Positions 62,954-64,000 of a DNA stretch of 64,000 bases are shown one piece after another. Below the pieces are notes generated by a model. The model had not been told where the DNA came from and searched no databases. It worked only from the letters and a program-made list of their open reading frames with translations. Position numbers and translations under genes: made by a program. The stretch lies in assembly GCA_030248215.1 (NCBI GenBank), contig JASANG010000957.1, forward strand, positions 124,001 to 188,000, written 5' to 3'. Each line of letters begins with the position of its first letter. The stretch's first letter is position 1. This stretch comes from Enoplolaimus lenunculus. Lineage: Eukaryota.

Positions 62954-63498
62954 GTACGTCAACGTTTGCAAGTCCAAAATTGACACCTTTGCCACGTATT
63001 TCTCTCGATTATTTTAAGTAATATTGATGAGCATTAATAGATAATTTGTTCATATTCGGTTGTACGAAACTGGTTTCACAATTACCCGTCAAAAAATCAC
63101 CCGGGCCAAATTGTATATTTCAATGAGTTGATTTTAACTCAGAATGAGTTGAATAACTCAGTCTGAGTTAGGACTATCAGAACTCAGAATTTTGAGTTGA
63201 TTCAATTCATTCTGAGATAATTAATCAACTCACCTTGAGTCAACTCAACTCAGAGTGAGAATCAACTCAACTCAGAGTGAGTTAATCTTTACTGATATTA
63301 ATTCAGAAATAACCAACTTCCTAGCTGAATTGATTAATTAACTCATTGCACCTTACAGTGTTCTGTCATAGTTTTGTATGGTGATAGGTGCTATATGCAT
63401 TTTAGAATATGGGACAAAGGCCCATATTCTCAAATATATATTGCAGCTTTCACTTACTTTGTGATAGGTTTTCAAACTGACTAACTCGTGTAGTTATT

Positions 63499-64000
63499 GA
63501 CCAGACAAATTCTTGAAGAAGTATGACAAATCAGACACAGAAAATATGTTCAATTTTGAACATTTGTCTGGTTCGAAAGTATGACAAATCAAACACAGAA
63601 ATGTGTTCAGTTTTGAACATTTGTCTGATTCGAAAGTATGACCAATCAAACACAGAAATTTTGTTCAATTTTGAACATTTGTCGGGTTCGAAAGTATGAC
63701 CAATCAAACACAGAAATTTTGTTCAATTTTGAACATTTGTCTGGTTCGAAAGTATGACCAATCAAACACAGAAATTTTGTTCAATTTTGAACATTTGTCT
63801 GGTTCGAAGGTATGACCAATCAAACACAGAAATTTTGTTCAATTTTGAACATTTGTCTGGTTCGAAAGTATGACCAATCAAACACAGAAATTTTGTTCAA
63901 TTTTGAACATTTGTCTGGTTCGAAGGTATGACCAATCAAACACAGAAATTTTGTTCAATTTTGAACATTTGTCTGGTTCGAAAGTATGACCAATCAAACA
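63499..64000 (+). repeat. 58-bp tandem satellite, runs off the window
   Basis: Unit CGAAAGTATGACCAATCAAACACAGAAATTTTGTTCAATTTTGAACATTTGTCTGGTT at 63631, 63689, 63747 etc. Confidence 0.95.

Overview
AT-rich, intron-rich eukaryotic DNA, almost certainly from a nematode: it has a nematode cuticle collagen, (TTAGGC)n telomere-type hexamers and TTTCAG/TTTTAG acceptors. Four spliced genes can be assembled by hand with consistent reading phases. (1) The 5' part of a PCDH15/Cad99C-like cadherin on the minus strand (ATG 13910, 9 exons down to 2623, continuing off the left edge). (2) BET1 SNARE (41772-43131, +). (3) ANKLE2/LEM-4-like (43548-49426, +), only 416 bp downstream of BET1 and so a candidate trans-spliced operon. 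(4) The 5' part of a cuticle collagen (from 57881, running off the right edge). The rest is dense with DNA-transposon derivatives. These include a complete 2.2-kb piggyBac with a twice-frameshifted transposase, nested three deep, and >=25 CACTG-ended MITEs. There are also Tc2/pogo-like, hAT-like and Harbinger-like MITEs, Helitron and Helentron elements, and several palindromic satellites. The most unusual items are a Merlin-type (GG termini, 8-bp TSD) MITE family that carries and amplifies the host telomeric repeat, and a piggyBac-type MITE carrying a tRNA-like Pol III A/B-box module. Also notable are a Helitron with an inverted copy of its own 3' end, for which the empty site is visible, and a MITE inserted inside a splice donor that it rebuilds. 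All family assignments come from terminal structure and remembered motifs; no database search was run.
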